Positions 10,233-20,395 are shown, counted from the first letter of the stretch. The stretch is DNA of 64,000 nt from Dehalococcoidia bacterium (GCA_965197585.1 OZ240215.1:2528001-2592000); one strand, 5' to 3'. The notes: generated by a model from the sequence alone, not told the origin. Made by a program: numbers and translations.

Positions 10233-10269
10233 GGCTCCCCCAAGTACGCCATTATATACCACCTACTCC

Positions 10270-10560
10270 CTCCATAATTCCGCCCCCCGAGCCAGTCGCA
10301 GTTGCGCCGAGACATGAATCTATCTCCTGGCGGGGCCGCTCATCCTGAGCACCGTCGAAGGGTCGAGCGGGGGGAGTGACCCCGTAGTGACAACGCCTCG
10401 TGGTTACCCGACACCACCCCACCCCATTCTCCCCCGCCATCCCGCCCCTTACAGCGTCATCCCACCCATTACACTGTCGTTCCGAGGCCCCGCGAGGAAT
10501 CTGGGGCGGGGAGTCCGGTCCCCTCTCCATTCGAGGGGAGAGGGCTAGGGTGAGGGTGAT
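10270..10560. repeat. Cluster of intergenic palindromic repeats (three families)
   Basis: Contains the CCGCTCATCCTGAG..GTCGAAGGG unit (10336-10370), GTCGTTCCGAGGCCCCGCGAGGAATCT (about 10475) and CCCTCTCC..GGAGAGGG (about 10520). Confidence 0.6.
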
Positions 10561-10687
10561 TCCCTCCCCCGATCTCGCACCCCACGCAGAGCCTCCGAAA
10601 GAATGGAGGTAAACACCAGCCACAAACTCAGCTAAAATACATCGTCCGCAGACAAGATCTAACCCCACAACCTAAAGGCAGGAAATC

Positions 10688-11098
10688 ATGTCCCTAAACG
10701 TATACCTCCACTTCAACGGCAACTGCCGTGAGGCTTTTGAGTTCTACCGTTCAATCTTCGGCGGCGAGTTCGATCTCATCACCACCTTCGGCGACGGCCC
10801 CCCGGAAATGCAGATTCCGGAGGAAGAGCGAGATGGCATCATGCACGTCTCCTATACCATCGGCGACAACGTGCTCATGGGCAGCGACATGCCATCTAAT
10901 TTTGGCATGACCGTTAATCAGGGTAACAACTTCTCCCTCTCCTACGCCCCCGCCAGCAGGGAGGAGACCGACCAACTCTTCGCCAAGCTGTCGGAGGGCG
11001 GCAGCGTAAGCATGCCTCTGGGCGACATGTTCTGGGGCTCCTACTTCGGTGCCTGCACCGATAAGTTCGGCATCAACTGGATGCTCGACTTCGGTTAG
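10688..11098 (+). CDS. VOC family protein (PhnB/glyoxalase-like)
   Basis: YLHFNGNCREAFEFY, IMH, MGSD, FWGSYFG..TDKFGINW. Confidence 0.9.
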   Translation: MSLNVYLHFNGNCREAFEFYRSIFGGEFDLITTFGDGPPEMQIPEEERDGIMHVSYTIGDNVLMGSDMPSNFGMTVNQGNNFSLSYAPASREETDQLFAKLSEGGSVSMPLGDMFWGSYFGACTDKFGINWMLDFG

Positions 11099-11175
11099 AG
11101 TTGACCGCCCGCACCGCTGGGAAGCTGCCTCGTAATTCCGGCCCCTCATACCCTTAACCGTCCTTAGGGCGGGGA

Positions 11176-11308
11176 ATTCCGCTCGCCCTGTCGAAGATGC
11201 TGCAAGGGGAACGTCAGCCTCGGGAGGATGCGCCTTTGGCGTGCGCCGTGGCGTAAGCTTAGTCGAAGCCTGTCCTGAGTCTCTCGAAGAGGGTCTCTAG
11301 GGCGGAAT
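11176..11308. repeat. Nested REP-like palindrome
   Basis: ATTCCGCTC...GGCGGAAT outer arms with internal GATGCGCCTTTGGCGT and GTCGAAG modules. Confidence 0.6.
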
Positions 11309-11370
11309 GGGGTGGCGCAGTCCCTGTTACTCACCGTGAGTCCGTTCACATAGAGAGTGACATCACCCTC

Positions 11371-11399
11371 TTGACTTTATAAGACGTATGTTCTATATT
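11371..11399 (+). promoter_or_regulatory. Sigma70-type promoter
   Basis: TTGACT-17 nt-TATATT, followed by AAGGAGGT at about 11434 with no canonical start codon after it. Confidence 0.5.
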
Positions 11400-12186
11400 G
11401 GAAATAGTCTAGACCACCTAACCCAACCACCTTAAGGAGGTACCGCACAACCTAGGGAAGCCCACTCGACCCACCGAGGACTCAACACCCAAGCCCATCC
11501 CAAAGGCCCTCGCGCAGGCCCGCGGCACAAGCAACCGGTGCCATCTCCTCATCCCCATCGGGTCCCGTGCCCTCTTCCCTGACACCCAGGCGATGGAAGA
11601 CATCCTGGACTCACCCCGGCACAGGCCCTCCTGAGTGAAGGGCCGTCGCAGCCGATGTAGCCCACTCTTTATCCGGCGCCGGCCTTCCTCTAATGGAAGG
11701 CCGTATAGATGGGCCATAACAGCCGAAAGATGCAGCGCCTTCCTTGCAGGGCGCACTACGTGGCCGGCATTGACCTTGCCGGCGAATCGAAAGAGCCCCC
11801 CAACGTGGGGCTACAAGGGCCATCGAGCCCTTCTGGTGGACGGGGAACCCCCACACCGGGAGATTCTCTCCACCCCGACCGCCTTCACAAACACAAGTGG
11901 GGTGAGCAGGTCGGCCTCCCGCCCCCTGCGCCCGAGTCCCGGACCTTCCATTGCCTGCCCCCTCCCAACAGACAGAACGGAAACCGAAACCCCACAATCG
12001 AAGATGGAACATCCGCCTCTGGAGGACTGAATAAAAGGCCGGTGTGTCGCTAACCTACTGGACGAGTACTCACCACCGCCGCCCCCCACCCCAATGTTGT
12101 ATTATTGCCCGCAGGCCCCGAGGCCACGTAGTCGGCAGGCGCAGGGCGGTCTCGTAAATTAATACTATCGGTAGGAATACAAGCAA

Positions 12187-13536
12187 ATGCCAGAAGACGA
12201 CAACAATGTCCTTGATGCCGTAATTGTGGGAGCGGGGATAGCGGGATTGACTGCTGCCTACCGGCTTAAAGACAAGAACATCCTTGTCCTCGAAAAAGAG
12301 GATGTGTGCGGCGGCCGCACCGTCTCCCGCAAGATGGGCGAATACGTTTACAACACCGGTGCCCAGGTCGTCCTAGGCGACGAAAGCGAAACGGCAAAGC
12401 TCGCCCGGGAAATCGGAGTCGAAAAGACCCTCATCGGCAAGACCCGCATGCCCATGCACATGAAGGGCAAGCTCATCACAGCCCCCCTCAAACCCAAGAC
12501 CCTGGGTGAACCGCTCTTCCTCTGGCGATTGCCAATACCTTTCTTCGAAAAAGTGAAGATAGGCCTCAAGGTCCTCCGAATCCGCCGCCGATACAGCGAG
12601 CTCGTAGACCAGGAGCCCGACCCCTATAACAAGAAGACCCAGGAGCTCTCCTCCGAGACCCTCGAAAGCTTTATGGGCGCCTATCACCCCGATATCCGCG
12701 CCATCTGGGACACCCTCTCCAAGGGCGCCAACACCGTCACCGCAGACCAGGTTGCCGCCTTCCAGCCCATCAACACCTTCCTCCATTTCGCAGAGGACGA
12801 GTATTACGTTAACGGCGGCACCTGGGAGCTGACCAAGGCCCTCTGGGACAAAGTCAAAGACAAGACCGAGACTTCCGCAAGCGTCGACGAGATAGTCCAC
12901 GAAAACGGTACCGTACGCGTCACCTATGACCACGCCGGCCAACGTACGTCCGTCACCGCCCGACGTTGCGTAATCGCAATCCCTGGCCCCCTCGTGTCGC
13001 CTATTGTCAAGGATATGCCTCAATGGAAGCGCGATGTCCTTGCCAAGGTCGACTTCGGCGCCATGACCTCCGCCGGTTTCCTCCTTAGCGAAAATTCGGA
13101 GCGATTCCTCGGCGAAGGCGTCTGGCGCGTACCAATTGTCGGCAAGAAGATCGTCTCCGTGACCAATCCCACCTTCACCTTCCCCAAGGAGGTCAAACAG
13201 CGCACGGGCCAGGGCCTCCTGCGGGTCTATACGGGTGACAAGGCTTCCAAGGAGCTCCAGCAGATGTCTGACGGCGAAGCCCTTGAAGTCCTCACTGAGG
13301 AGCTTGTCTCCGCCTTCCCTGACATAGCGGGCAAGATCGTGGAAACCTCCATAAAGCACTGGCCTAATGCCATCAGCCCCTGGCGCGTGGGCCGACTCGA
13401 AATCGCCGAGCAGATCAAGCAGCCCACGGGTCGCATTCATTACTGCGGCGATTACACCGTCAGCGGTGGCCTGGAGGCCGCCGTCCTTTCCGCATACCGC
13501 ATCCTGCGTGAAATGGAAACTGAACCCGCCGCCTAA
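12187..13536 (+). CDS. FAD-dependent oxidoreductase (flavin amine oxidase / protoporphyrinogen oxidase-like), copy 1
   Basis: VGAGIAGL dinucleotide motif, LE..GGR, C-terminal CGDY..GGLEAA. Confidence 0.85.
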   Translation: MPEDDNNVLDAVIVGAGIAGLTAAYRLKDKNILVLEKEDVCGGRTVSRKMGEYVYNTGAQVVLGDESETAKLAREIGVEKTLIGKTRMPMHMKGKLITAPLKPKTLGEPLFLWRLPIPFFEKVKIGLKVLRIRRRYSELVDQEPDPYNKKTQELSSETLESFMGAYHPDIRAIWDTLSKGANTVTADQVAAFQPINTFLHFAEDEYYVNGGTWELTKALWDKVKDKTETSASVDEIVHENGTVRVTYDHAGQRTSVTARRCVIAIPGPLVSPIVKDMPQWKRDVLAKVDFGAMTSAGFLLSENSERFLGEGVWRVPIVGKKIVSVTNPTFTFPKEVKQRTGQGLLRVYTGDKASKELQQMSDGEALEVLTEELVSAFPDIAGKIVETSIKHWPNAISPWRVGRLEIAEQIKQPTGRIHYCGDYTVSGGLEAAVLSAYRILREMETEPAA

Positions 13537-13553
13537 CCCGCTGCATATATACC

Positions 13554-14888
13554 ATGCCTGATGCCTCAAACTCCCCCGACTCCCTCCTGGACCTGGTCAT
13601 TGTAGGCGGCGGCCTCGCCGGGCTTACCACTGCCTACCGACTGCGTGAGCGGAATATCCTCCTCCTGGAAAAGGAGGATATTCCCGGCGGCCGGACCGAG
13701 TCCCGAGCCCTTGGCCCTTACGTCTACAACGCCGGGGCCCAGGTCGTCCTCGGGGACACGGGCCCCTTGGCCACGCTCGTCGATGAGATAGGAGTCAAGC
13801 GCACCCTGATCGCCAAGTCCAAGCTTCCCCTCTATATGAACGGCAAACTAGTCGCATCCTCCAACGAGTACGGGCTCCTTCTCAAGATGCCCATACCCTT
13901 CCTGGACAAGATCAAGTTCGCCTGGCACATCTGGAAAACCCGGCGAAAATACAGGTCCCTCTTAAACGCCGACTTCGATCCCACCGACCCCAAGGTCATC
14001 GAGCTAAACTCCACCACCGTCGACGAATTCTTAGGCAACGCCCCGAAGTCCGTGCGCGAGTTGTGGGACGTCTTCGCCGTAACCGCCAGCACCATGGGCG
14101 CCGACACCGTCACCCCATTCCACCCCCTCATGGTTATCCTCTTCTTCATGGCCGACGAATATTTCGTCGAGGGCGGCACCAACCAGGTCACCATCGCCCT
14201 CCACCGCCTGCTCGGTGACAAAGCGGTTCTCGGCGCCGAAGTGCTCGAAGTGAAAGAGCTGGAGGATCGAGTCCAGGTCACTTACGACCGCGGAGGCAAG
14301 AAACAGACCGTGCAGGCCCGACGCTGCATCATGGCTACCCCGGCTCCCATAACCCTAAACTGCGCCCAGGACCTCCCCGACTGGAAACGGGAAGCTCTCG
14401 CCAAAATTGAGTACGGCTCCATGACCACCGCGGCATTCCTGGTCGATGAGCTTTCCGAAAATCTCATCGGTAAGGGCGTATGGCGGGTTCCCGTCTCCGG
14501 CCAGAAGGTCTGCGCTATAACTGACCCCTCTTTCACCTATCCCGATGACTACAAGAGCAAGACTGGCATGGGGATCCTGCGCGTATACACCGGCAACGCA
14601 GTTGCCAAGGACCTTATGTCTCGCTCGGACGGCGAAGTGTCGGAAGTCCTGCTCGACGACCTTGTGGAGATGGTCCCTGCCGTCCGTGGCAAGATCGTAG
14701 AGTCGGATGTCGCCCACTGGAACCACGCCATACCTCTCTGGAAACCCGGCCACACCGAGATTTATCCCCTGCTGCAGAAACCCGTCGGCCGGCTCCATTT
14801 CTGCGGCGACTACACCAGCGCCGGGTTTACCAACGGCGCCGTCCAGTCCGGAGACCGAGTCGTCCAAGAGATTAAGGACCAGGACTGA
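13554..14888 (+). CDS. FAD-dependent oxidoreductase (flavin amine oxidase-like), copy 2
   Basis: VGGGLAGL, GGRT, CGDY..NGAVQSG; paralog of the preceding gene. Confidence 0.85.
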   Translation: MPDASNSPDSLLDLVIVGGGLAGLTTAYRLRERNILLLEKEDIPGGRTESRALGPYVYNAGAQVVLGDTGPLATLVDEIGVKRTLIAKSKLPLYMNGKLVASSNEYGLLLKMPIPFLDKIKFAWHIWKTRRKYRSLLNADFDPTDPKVIELNSTTVDEFLGNAPKSVRELWDVFAVTASTMGADTVTPFHPLMVILFFMADEYFVEGGTNQVTIALHRLLGDKAVLGAEVLEVKELEDRVQVTYDRGGKKQTVQARRCIMATPAPITLNCAQDLPDWKREALAKIEYGSMTTAAFLVDELSENLIGKGVWRVPVSGQKVCAITDPSFTYPDDYKSKTGMGILRVYTGNAVAKDLMSRSDGEVSEVLLDDLVEMVPAVRGKIVESDVAHWNHAIPLWKPGHTEIYPLLQKPVGRLHFCGDYTSAGFTNGAVQSGDRVVQEIKDQD

Positions 14889-14902
14889 GACACCCCTACC
14901 CG

Positions 14903-15373
14903 ATGAACGCCGCCAGACCCGCATCCCAGGATAGCCTTCAGTTCAACCGAGAGGTATTAGGCAGAGACTACTTCAAGGCCACCCACGCCGTCACCCGAGA
15001 GATGGTGCTCGGTTTCTCCCGCGCAATCGGAGAGACCAACCCTCTTTTTGTCGACAAAGAAGCCGCCGCCTCGGGTCCCCACGGCGATATCATCGCACCT
15101 CCCTCCTTTGTCGCCTCCTTCGTCCGCCTCGACGAACCCGCAGACCTCAACCTCCGGTTCGATGGCACCATCTACATGGCCGGCCAGTGGGTCGAACCCC
15201 TCCTGCCCGTCCGTCCCGGCGACGTCCTGACCTGCACAGCCCGCGTCACTGATGTCTACCGAAAAACGGGCCGCTCAGGTGACATGGCCTTCATAGTCGT
15301 CGAGCACAACTTCCGCAACCAGAACGGCGAGTTGGTCGCCCGCGCCGGCCGCTCCCACGTCCGCCGCCGCTAA
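14903..15373 (+). CDS. MaoC-like hotdog-fold dehydratase subunit
   Basis: FSRAIGETNP, IIAPPSF, PVRPGDVL, NQNGELV. Confidence 0.82.
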   Translation: MNAARPASQDSLQFNREVLGRDYFKATHAVTREMVLGFSRAIGETNPLFVDKEAAASGPHGDIIAPPSFVASFVRLDEPADLNLRFDGTIYMAGQWVEPLLPVRPGDVLTCTARVTDVYRKTGRSGDMAFIVVEHNFRNQNGELVARAGRSHVRRR

Positions 15374-15395
15374 CCCCCTTCCCTCGGATTGGGGT

Positions 15396-15632
15396 ATTCC
15401 GCTAGCCCTGTCGAAGATGCGCCGTGGCGTGAGCGGAGTCGAAGGGTCTCAAGAGCGGAATGCGGTGGGGCACTACCGCCCCTCATGCCCTTCTCGCCTG
15501 TCATCCCGAGGCCCCGCGAGGGATCTAAAGCGTCGGCCCACAACCCACCTACCTCACCCCATCCTACCTTCCCATCCCACTCCGTCATTCTCGCCCCCGA
15601 GCCGGTCGCAGATGCGCCGAGCCGGAATCCAT
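15396..15632. repeat. Cluster of REP-like palindromes between convergent genes
   Basis: CCGCT..GTCGAAGGG..GAGCGG unit, TGTCATCCCGAGGCCCCGCGAGGGATCT (15499) and GTCATTCTCGCCCCCGAGCC..GAATCCA (15584). Confidence 0.6.
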
Positions 15633-15667
15633 CCTCCCCTCATACCATCTCTGACAGTTACAGCCCC

Positions 15668-16909
15668 CTAACCCACCACCCCCCGCCCCACTAACTCCTC
15701 TACCTCCTCCCGAGAAAGCCCCATCAACTCCTCTAGAACATAGCCGTTGTGCTCGCCCATCTTCGGCCCCGGCCGACTCATCGCCAACGGCGTCCCCGAC
15801 ATCTTCCAAGGCTGCGTCGGCATCTTCGCCCGACCCTGCACCGGGTGCTCGTCCCACGTGAAGAACCCCCGAGCCGCCAGATGCTCGTCGTGATATAGGT
15901 CCGCGTTCGTAAATGTCGCCACGGCCCCCAACCCCACCCCCTGCAGAGCATTCATTGCCTCTAACTTGGAGCGCTGCTGAGTCCACCCTTCGACTATCTC
16001 GGCCAGAGCATCTTCGTGCCCCTTTCGCGCCGACGCAGTGCCGAACCTCTCGTCCCGTGCCAGCTCATCCCTCCCGATCGCCGAGCATAGCCTCACCCAT
16101 TCTTCGTCGCTCGCTATTACAATGCTGATCCACGAGTCCTCTCCGGCGCAGCGATATATCCCGTGGGGCGCCATGCCGGGGGCCCGATTGCCCATCCGCT
16201 CCGCCTCTGCCCCGTTCATCTCGTAGTCCATCAACTTCTCAGGCTGGAATCCGATCACCGTCTCTTCCTCCGAAAGGTCGATGTGCTGACCCCTGCCTGT
16301 CCTCGACTGGTAATGCAAAGCAGCCAATATCGCCGAGGCCCCCGCCACTCCCCCCGACGGATCGGGCATCTCGACCCAGTCGGACACGGCTTCCGCACCC
16401 GGATATCCCACTGAGGTCATAAGCCCCGAGATGTTGGACACGTGCATCCCGTAAGTCACCCATCGGGACCTAGCCCCATATCCCCCAAACCCCGAAAGCG
16501 CCGCCATGATCACTTGCGGATTTACTTTGATTAGATCCTTGTATCCCAACCCCAGCCTATCCGCCACTCCAGCCCGGAAGTTCTCTGCCATCACGTCGCT
16601 GATTGATACCAGCTTTTTGGCCAATTCCATGCCCTCGGGCTTGCGGAGGTTCAGGGTCACACTCAGGCTGTTCCGGTGCATCTGTGCGAACCACATCGCC
16701 GTGTCGGGGCCGGGGATGTTGTCCTTGAATGGAGGGTAGTATCGGGCCAGGTCCAGCTTGACATTGCTCTCGATCTTGATTACCTCCGCCCCCATGAACG
16801 CGAGCAACGACACACAATGAGGCCCGGCCCACGACGCGGTGAAGTCAGCTACCCGGATCCCGTCCAGCGCCCCCTTGAGTCCCGCGTGCCCTCTGCCTGC
16901 CGACGCCAA
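15668..16909 (-). CDS. Family III (CaiB/BaiF) CoA-transferase, catalytic-type subunit
   Basis: LDGIRVADF..WAGP, GAEVIKIE, ENFRAG, SGFG; Asp retained in MPDPSGG; GRGQHIDLS. Confidence 0.88.
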   Translation of the reverse strand: MASAGRGHAGLKGALDGIRVADFTASWAGPHCVSLLAFMGAEVIKIESNVKLDLARYYPPFKDNIPGPDTAMWFAQMHRNSLSVTLNLRKPEGMELAKKLVSISDVMAENFRAGVADRLGLGYKDLIKVNPQVIMAALSGFGGYGARSRWVTYGMHVSNISGLMTSVGYPGAEAVSDWVEMPDPSGGVAGASAILAALHYQSRTGRGQHIDLSEEETVIGFQPEKLMDYEMNGAEAERMGNRAPGMAPHGIYRCAGEDSWISIVIASDEEWVRLCSAIGRDELARDERFGTASARKGHEDALAEIVEGWTQQRSKLEAMNALQGVGLGAVATFTNADLYHDEHLAARGFFTWDEHPVQGRAKMPTQPWKMSGTPLAMSRPGPKMGEHNGYVLEELMGLSREEVEELVGRGVVG

Positions 16910-16912
16910 ACC

Positions 16913-18130
16913 TTAGATAGTCCCTTCCCGCCTGAGCCGCGCCAACTCCTCCCCCGAGAACCCAAGCCCCTCACCATAAACCTCATCATTGTGCTGCCCG
17001 AGCAGAGGCGCGGACACCCGAGTCGAGCTCTCCGTCTCCGAAAACCTGAACGGCACGGAGGGATACCGCAGCTTGCCCGCATCCTGGTGGTCCATCTCCA
17101 CGAAAAACCCACGCTCCTTCAGGTGTTCATCCCGAGCCAACCGTTCCGCGGTCACGCCCACGGGGCTCGCCGGGACCCGGTTCTCGATGGCGCGCTCAAC
17201 CACCCAATCCTTATCCTTGTCCTCCAGCCACTCAATCAGGAAGGCGTTTATGATGTCGTAGTTCAGCCGACGTCCCTCCGCACTCTGCGTCCACTCCTCT
17301 CGGCTCCAATCCGGCTCTCCCAGCATTTTGACTAGCCCCACCCACTGGTGAGGCTCGATGGCGCTCAGGAGCACGTAGCCGTCCCGGCACGGAAGAATCC
17401 CCGAGGGCACCGACGCTGGAATCGCAGCGTCCTTGCCCTGTATCCGGTTCTCGCCGTTGTAGATGGGAAAGCCGGCAGCTAGTATGAAGGCCATCGCCTC
17501 CTGCTCCGACACGTCGATGTGCTGCCCCTCCCCACCCCGGTCTCTGAAATAAAGCGCCCCCAGCGCAGCCGTCAGCGCGTTATATGCGGCCTGGAACGCA
17601 GGAAGAAATCCCGGCGCCCGCACCGGACGCCCCGGAATACCGTAGGCATCCCGCTCCCTCCAGAGATACCCCCAGCCCCCCGCATGCCACCGGTTCAGGT
17701 CGTGTGCCACGTAGTCCTTGTATGGCCCCTCCTGCCCGAAAGGGGTTATCGACACCATAATCAGACCCGGGTTCTCTTTCCTCAGCGACTCGTACCCCAA
17801 TCCCAGCTCCGATAGCCTACCCGGAGGCCCATTTTCTACCAGTATGTCCGACCCCGACACCAACCGCCTGAACATCCGATCGCCCTCCGCCGAGGTCACG
17901 TCCAGCGTGATCCCCTTCTTGTCCAGGTTCATTGCGAGGAATAGGCCGCTCTTCTCTGGGTGAGCCTCACCGCCTGGGAATGGCCCGTGGCCCCGCGCCC
18001 CGTCCCCCTCCGGTGGCTCCACCTTGATCACTTCCGCCCCGAGAGAGGCCATCAGCCGAGCACAATACGGCGCCGACACCATCTCCCCCAACTCAACCAC
18101 CCGGATGCCATCAAGCGTTCTTTCTTCCAT
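16913..18130 (-). CDS. Family III CoA-transferase, BbsE-like subunit
   Basis: LDGIRVVEL, GAEVIKVEPP, SITPFGQEGPY, GEGQHIDVS; no Asp at the catalytic position. Confidence 0.85.
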   Translation of the reverse strand: MEERTLDGIRVVELGEMVSAPYCARLMASLGAEVIKVEPPEGDGARGHGPFPGGEAHPEKSGLFLAMNLDKKGITLDVTSAEGDRMFRRLVSGSDILVENGPPGRLSELGLGYESLRKENPGLIMVSITPFGQEGPYKDYVAHDLNRWHAGGWGYLWRERDAYGIPGRPVRAPGFLPAFQAAYNALTAALGALYFRDRGGEGQHIDVSEQEAMAFILAAGFPIYNGENRIQGKDAAIPASVPSGILPCRDGYVLLSAIEPHQWVGLVKMLGEPDWSREEWTQSAEGRRLNYDIINAFLIEWLEDKDKDWVVERAIENRVPASPVGVTAERLARDEHLKERGFFVEMDHQDAGKLRYPSVPFRFSETESSTRVSAPLLGQHNDEVYGEGLGFSGEELARLRREGTI

Positions 18131-18236
18131 CAGCGCGTTAAGCCCCTAATCGCTGAAATAGGTGTCCTTCGCATAACAACAGCGGATCGGTGTCCAATCC
18201 CCCCTCCCCTCGACGAGTCGCAGATGCGCCTTTGGC

Positions 18237-18368
18237 GTGACCCTTGCATAACCTCTCTCGGTGGGGCCGGGGCCGCTCGTGCTGAGGCTCTCGAAGTATG
18301 AGCGGGGGGTGGAAATCACGTGATCTGGACAGTACAGCGAAGGCAATTTGTAGTTACGCAAAGGTCTC
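18237..18368. mobile_element. MITE-like element with 16-bp terminal inverted repeats
   Basis: Left GTGACCCTTGCATAAC versus reverse complement of right end GAGACCTTTGCGTAAC (13/16); encloses a REP-like hairpin. Confidence 0.5.
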
Positions 18369-18482
18369 ATCGAGCGAATGGGCTAGGGCCATAGGCTAGC
18401 CCGGGAGAGTGAGGGTGATCCAAGGTCATCAAAAGCGGATGCTCAAAGATCTCTCGCCATAGTGAAGGAGCAAGGAATCCGG

Positions 18483-19766
18483 CTACGGGTAGATGCCCCG
18501 CGTGTTGTGCGCCGCCACCACCCGGCTCACCCCCTGGATATACGCCCCCATCCTCATGCTAACCCCGTTCTCCTTCGACGTGGCCAACACCGACTCGAAA
18601 CTGTGCTTCATTATCGAATCAAGCCGCTTCTCCACTTCCTGCTCTTCCCAGAAGTAGAACTGCAAGTCCTGCACCCACTCGAAGTAGGAGACGATAACAC
18701 CCCCCGCATTGGCGAGAATGTCCGGCACCACGAACACCCCCATGTCCTCCAATATCCTATCTGCCTCCGTAGACGTGGGGCCGTTCGCCCCTTCCACTAT
18801 TATCTTTGCCTTCACTTTCGCTGCGTTGGCGCCACTTATCTGCCCCTCCATCGCCGCCAGCATCAGGATATCGCAAGGCAGCTCCAGCAGCTCCGCATTG
18901 GTTATCCGGTCCCCGTGCTTTGAGTCCCGCAGATTAGGGATCTCCTCCTTTTGGGCGAGCATCTCCCGAACCTCCAATCCCGATCCGTTGTGGACCCCGC
19001 CCGAGGCGTCGCTTATCGCAATTACTTTGCATCCCTGGTCCTGCAGCATCTTCGCCGCCACCGACCCCACGTTCCCGAACCCCTGCACCGCAACCCTGGC
19101 CCCTTCCATCGGCATGGATAGATGCGCCGCCGTCTCCCGGGCCATGTTCATGCATCCCCGCCCCGTCGCATCCACCCTTCCCCGCGTCCCTCCTACGCTG
19201 AACGGCTTGCCTGTAACCACCCCCGGCACCGAGTAGCCTTTGTGCATACTGTAGGTGTCCATGATCCAGGCCATGATCTGGGCGTTGGTGTTCATGTCGG
19301 GCGCCGGGATGTCGCCTTCGGGACTTATGATTATCGATATCTCGGAGGCATACCGCCTGGTTAACGCCTCGAGCTCCCTCATCGAAAGCAGCTTGGGGTC
19401 GCAGGCCACGGCGCCCTTGGCTCCGCCGAAGGGGATGTCCACCACTGCGCACTTCCAGGTCATCCACATAGCGAGAGCACGCACTTCATCCAGGGTAACG
19501 TCCGGATGGTACCGGATCCCGCCCTTGGCCGGACCCCGAGACATGCTGTGCTGGACTCGATACCCTGTGAATATTTGTACATGCCCATCGTCCATGCTGA
19601 CGGGGAAGTGAACGATCAGCTCCCTTTTCGGGTGTCGAAGTATCTGCCGGGTGTTCTCGTCGAGACCCAGGTAGTCGGAAGCGGTCTCCAGCTGTTGTAG
19701 AGCCGTATCGAGGGCTCCGTCCCCATCCTGTTTTGCCGGCTGGTCTACCGTTACCTCACTAGTCAC
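18483..19766 (-). CDS. gdhA: Glu/Leu/Phe/Val dehydrogenase (glutamate dehydrogenase)
   Basis: KGGIRYHP, MTWKCA, GGAKG, IPAPD, VTGKP, GFGNVG, EGANGP, NAGGV. Confidence 0.93.
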   Translation of the reverse strand: MTSEVTVDQPAKQDGDGALDTALQQLETASDYLGLDENTRQILRHPKRELIVHFPVSMDDGHVQIFTGYRVQHSMSRGPAKGGIRYHPDVTLDEVRALAMWMTWKCAVVDIPFGGAKGAVACDPKLLSMRELEALTRRYASEISIIISPEGDIPAPDMNTNAQIMAWIMDTYSMHKGYSVPGVVTGKPFSVGGTRGRVDATGRGCMNMARETAAHLSMPMEGARVAVQGFGNVGSVAAKMLQDQGCKVIAISDASGGVHNGSGLEVREMLAQKEEIPNLRDSKHGDRITNAELLELPCDILMLAAMEGQISGANAAKVKAKIIVEGANGPTSTEADRILEDMGVFVVPDILANAGGVIVSYFEWVQDLQFYFWEEQEVEKRLDSIMKHSFESVLATSKENGVSMRMGAYIQGVSRVVAAHNTRGIYP

Positions 19767-19847
19767 CCCGAGCTCCTTTCAGGTGGGCTTAATCCTGTGC
19801 CAAAACCGGCGCAAGTATACAGCAAAACCCTTTGCCCCCTGATAGAA

Positions 19848-19888
19848 GAAAGGCCGATACAAGCTCATCGAGCTTGTATCGGCCTTTC
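19848..19888. terminator. Perfect 19-bp hairpin, probable terminator after hicA
   Basis: GAAAGGCCGATACAAGCTC-ATC-GAGCTTGTATCGGCCTTTC, with a T-rich tail on the minus strand. Confidence 0.65.
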
Positions 19889-19905
19889 AATTGATTCTCG
19901 AAAGA

Positions 19906-20126
19906 TTACCGGAGAAGGGCTAGGAACTCATCCCGTGTGAGTCCAGCGTCTCGGATCAGGGCTCTCAACAGGCCTCGTCCTAGTGAGCTATGCCTGGGGA
20001 CATAGAATCTGCGGCCACCTTGGCCTGTAGTTTTATGTGAGTGCCCTCTGTGCGAGCCCAGACAAATCCCGCCTTGGCAATCGCCCCAACGAACTCGTCG
20101 CCCAAAATAACGGACAAGCGGGGCAC
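19906..20126 (-). pseudogene. hicA: HicA toxin, frameshifted
   Basis: GTG overlapping the hicB stop gives MPRLSVILGDEF..TEGTH; the shifted frame continues GRRFYVPRHSSLGRGLLRALIRDAGLTRDEF*; 221 nt, one base short near 20030-20038. Confidence 0.78.
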
Positions 20127-20395
20127 TAAGCTGTCACTTCTACAACTTCATATTCAGAGGAGGAGGGCAGTGGCACGCCATCTTCTCGCATAGTTGTAAG
20201 GTAACCTCTGCTGGCTTCCTTCACGTTTTCCAGGGCCTCACGCCTGGTCCGGCCCTGGCTATGACATCCGGGAAGAGTGGGGCAGCTGGCAACCTCCCAA
20301 CCATCCTCATCCCTCTCAAATACCACCAACAACCTGAGAGCTCGGCCATCTCCCTCCCGTTCTGAGGGATTGCCTTCCGTCGCCTTACTAATCAC
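20126..20395 (-). CDS. hicB: HicB family antitoxin with GDH-derived N-terminal extension
   Basis: VVFERDEDGWEVASCPTLPGCHSQGRTRREALENVKEA is the HicB partial RNase H fold. Confidence 0.88.
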   Translation of the reverse strand: MISKATEGNPSEREGDGRALRLLVVFERDEDGWEVASCPTLPGCHSQGRTRREALENVKEASRGYLTTMREDGVPLPSSSEYEVVEVTA

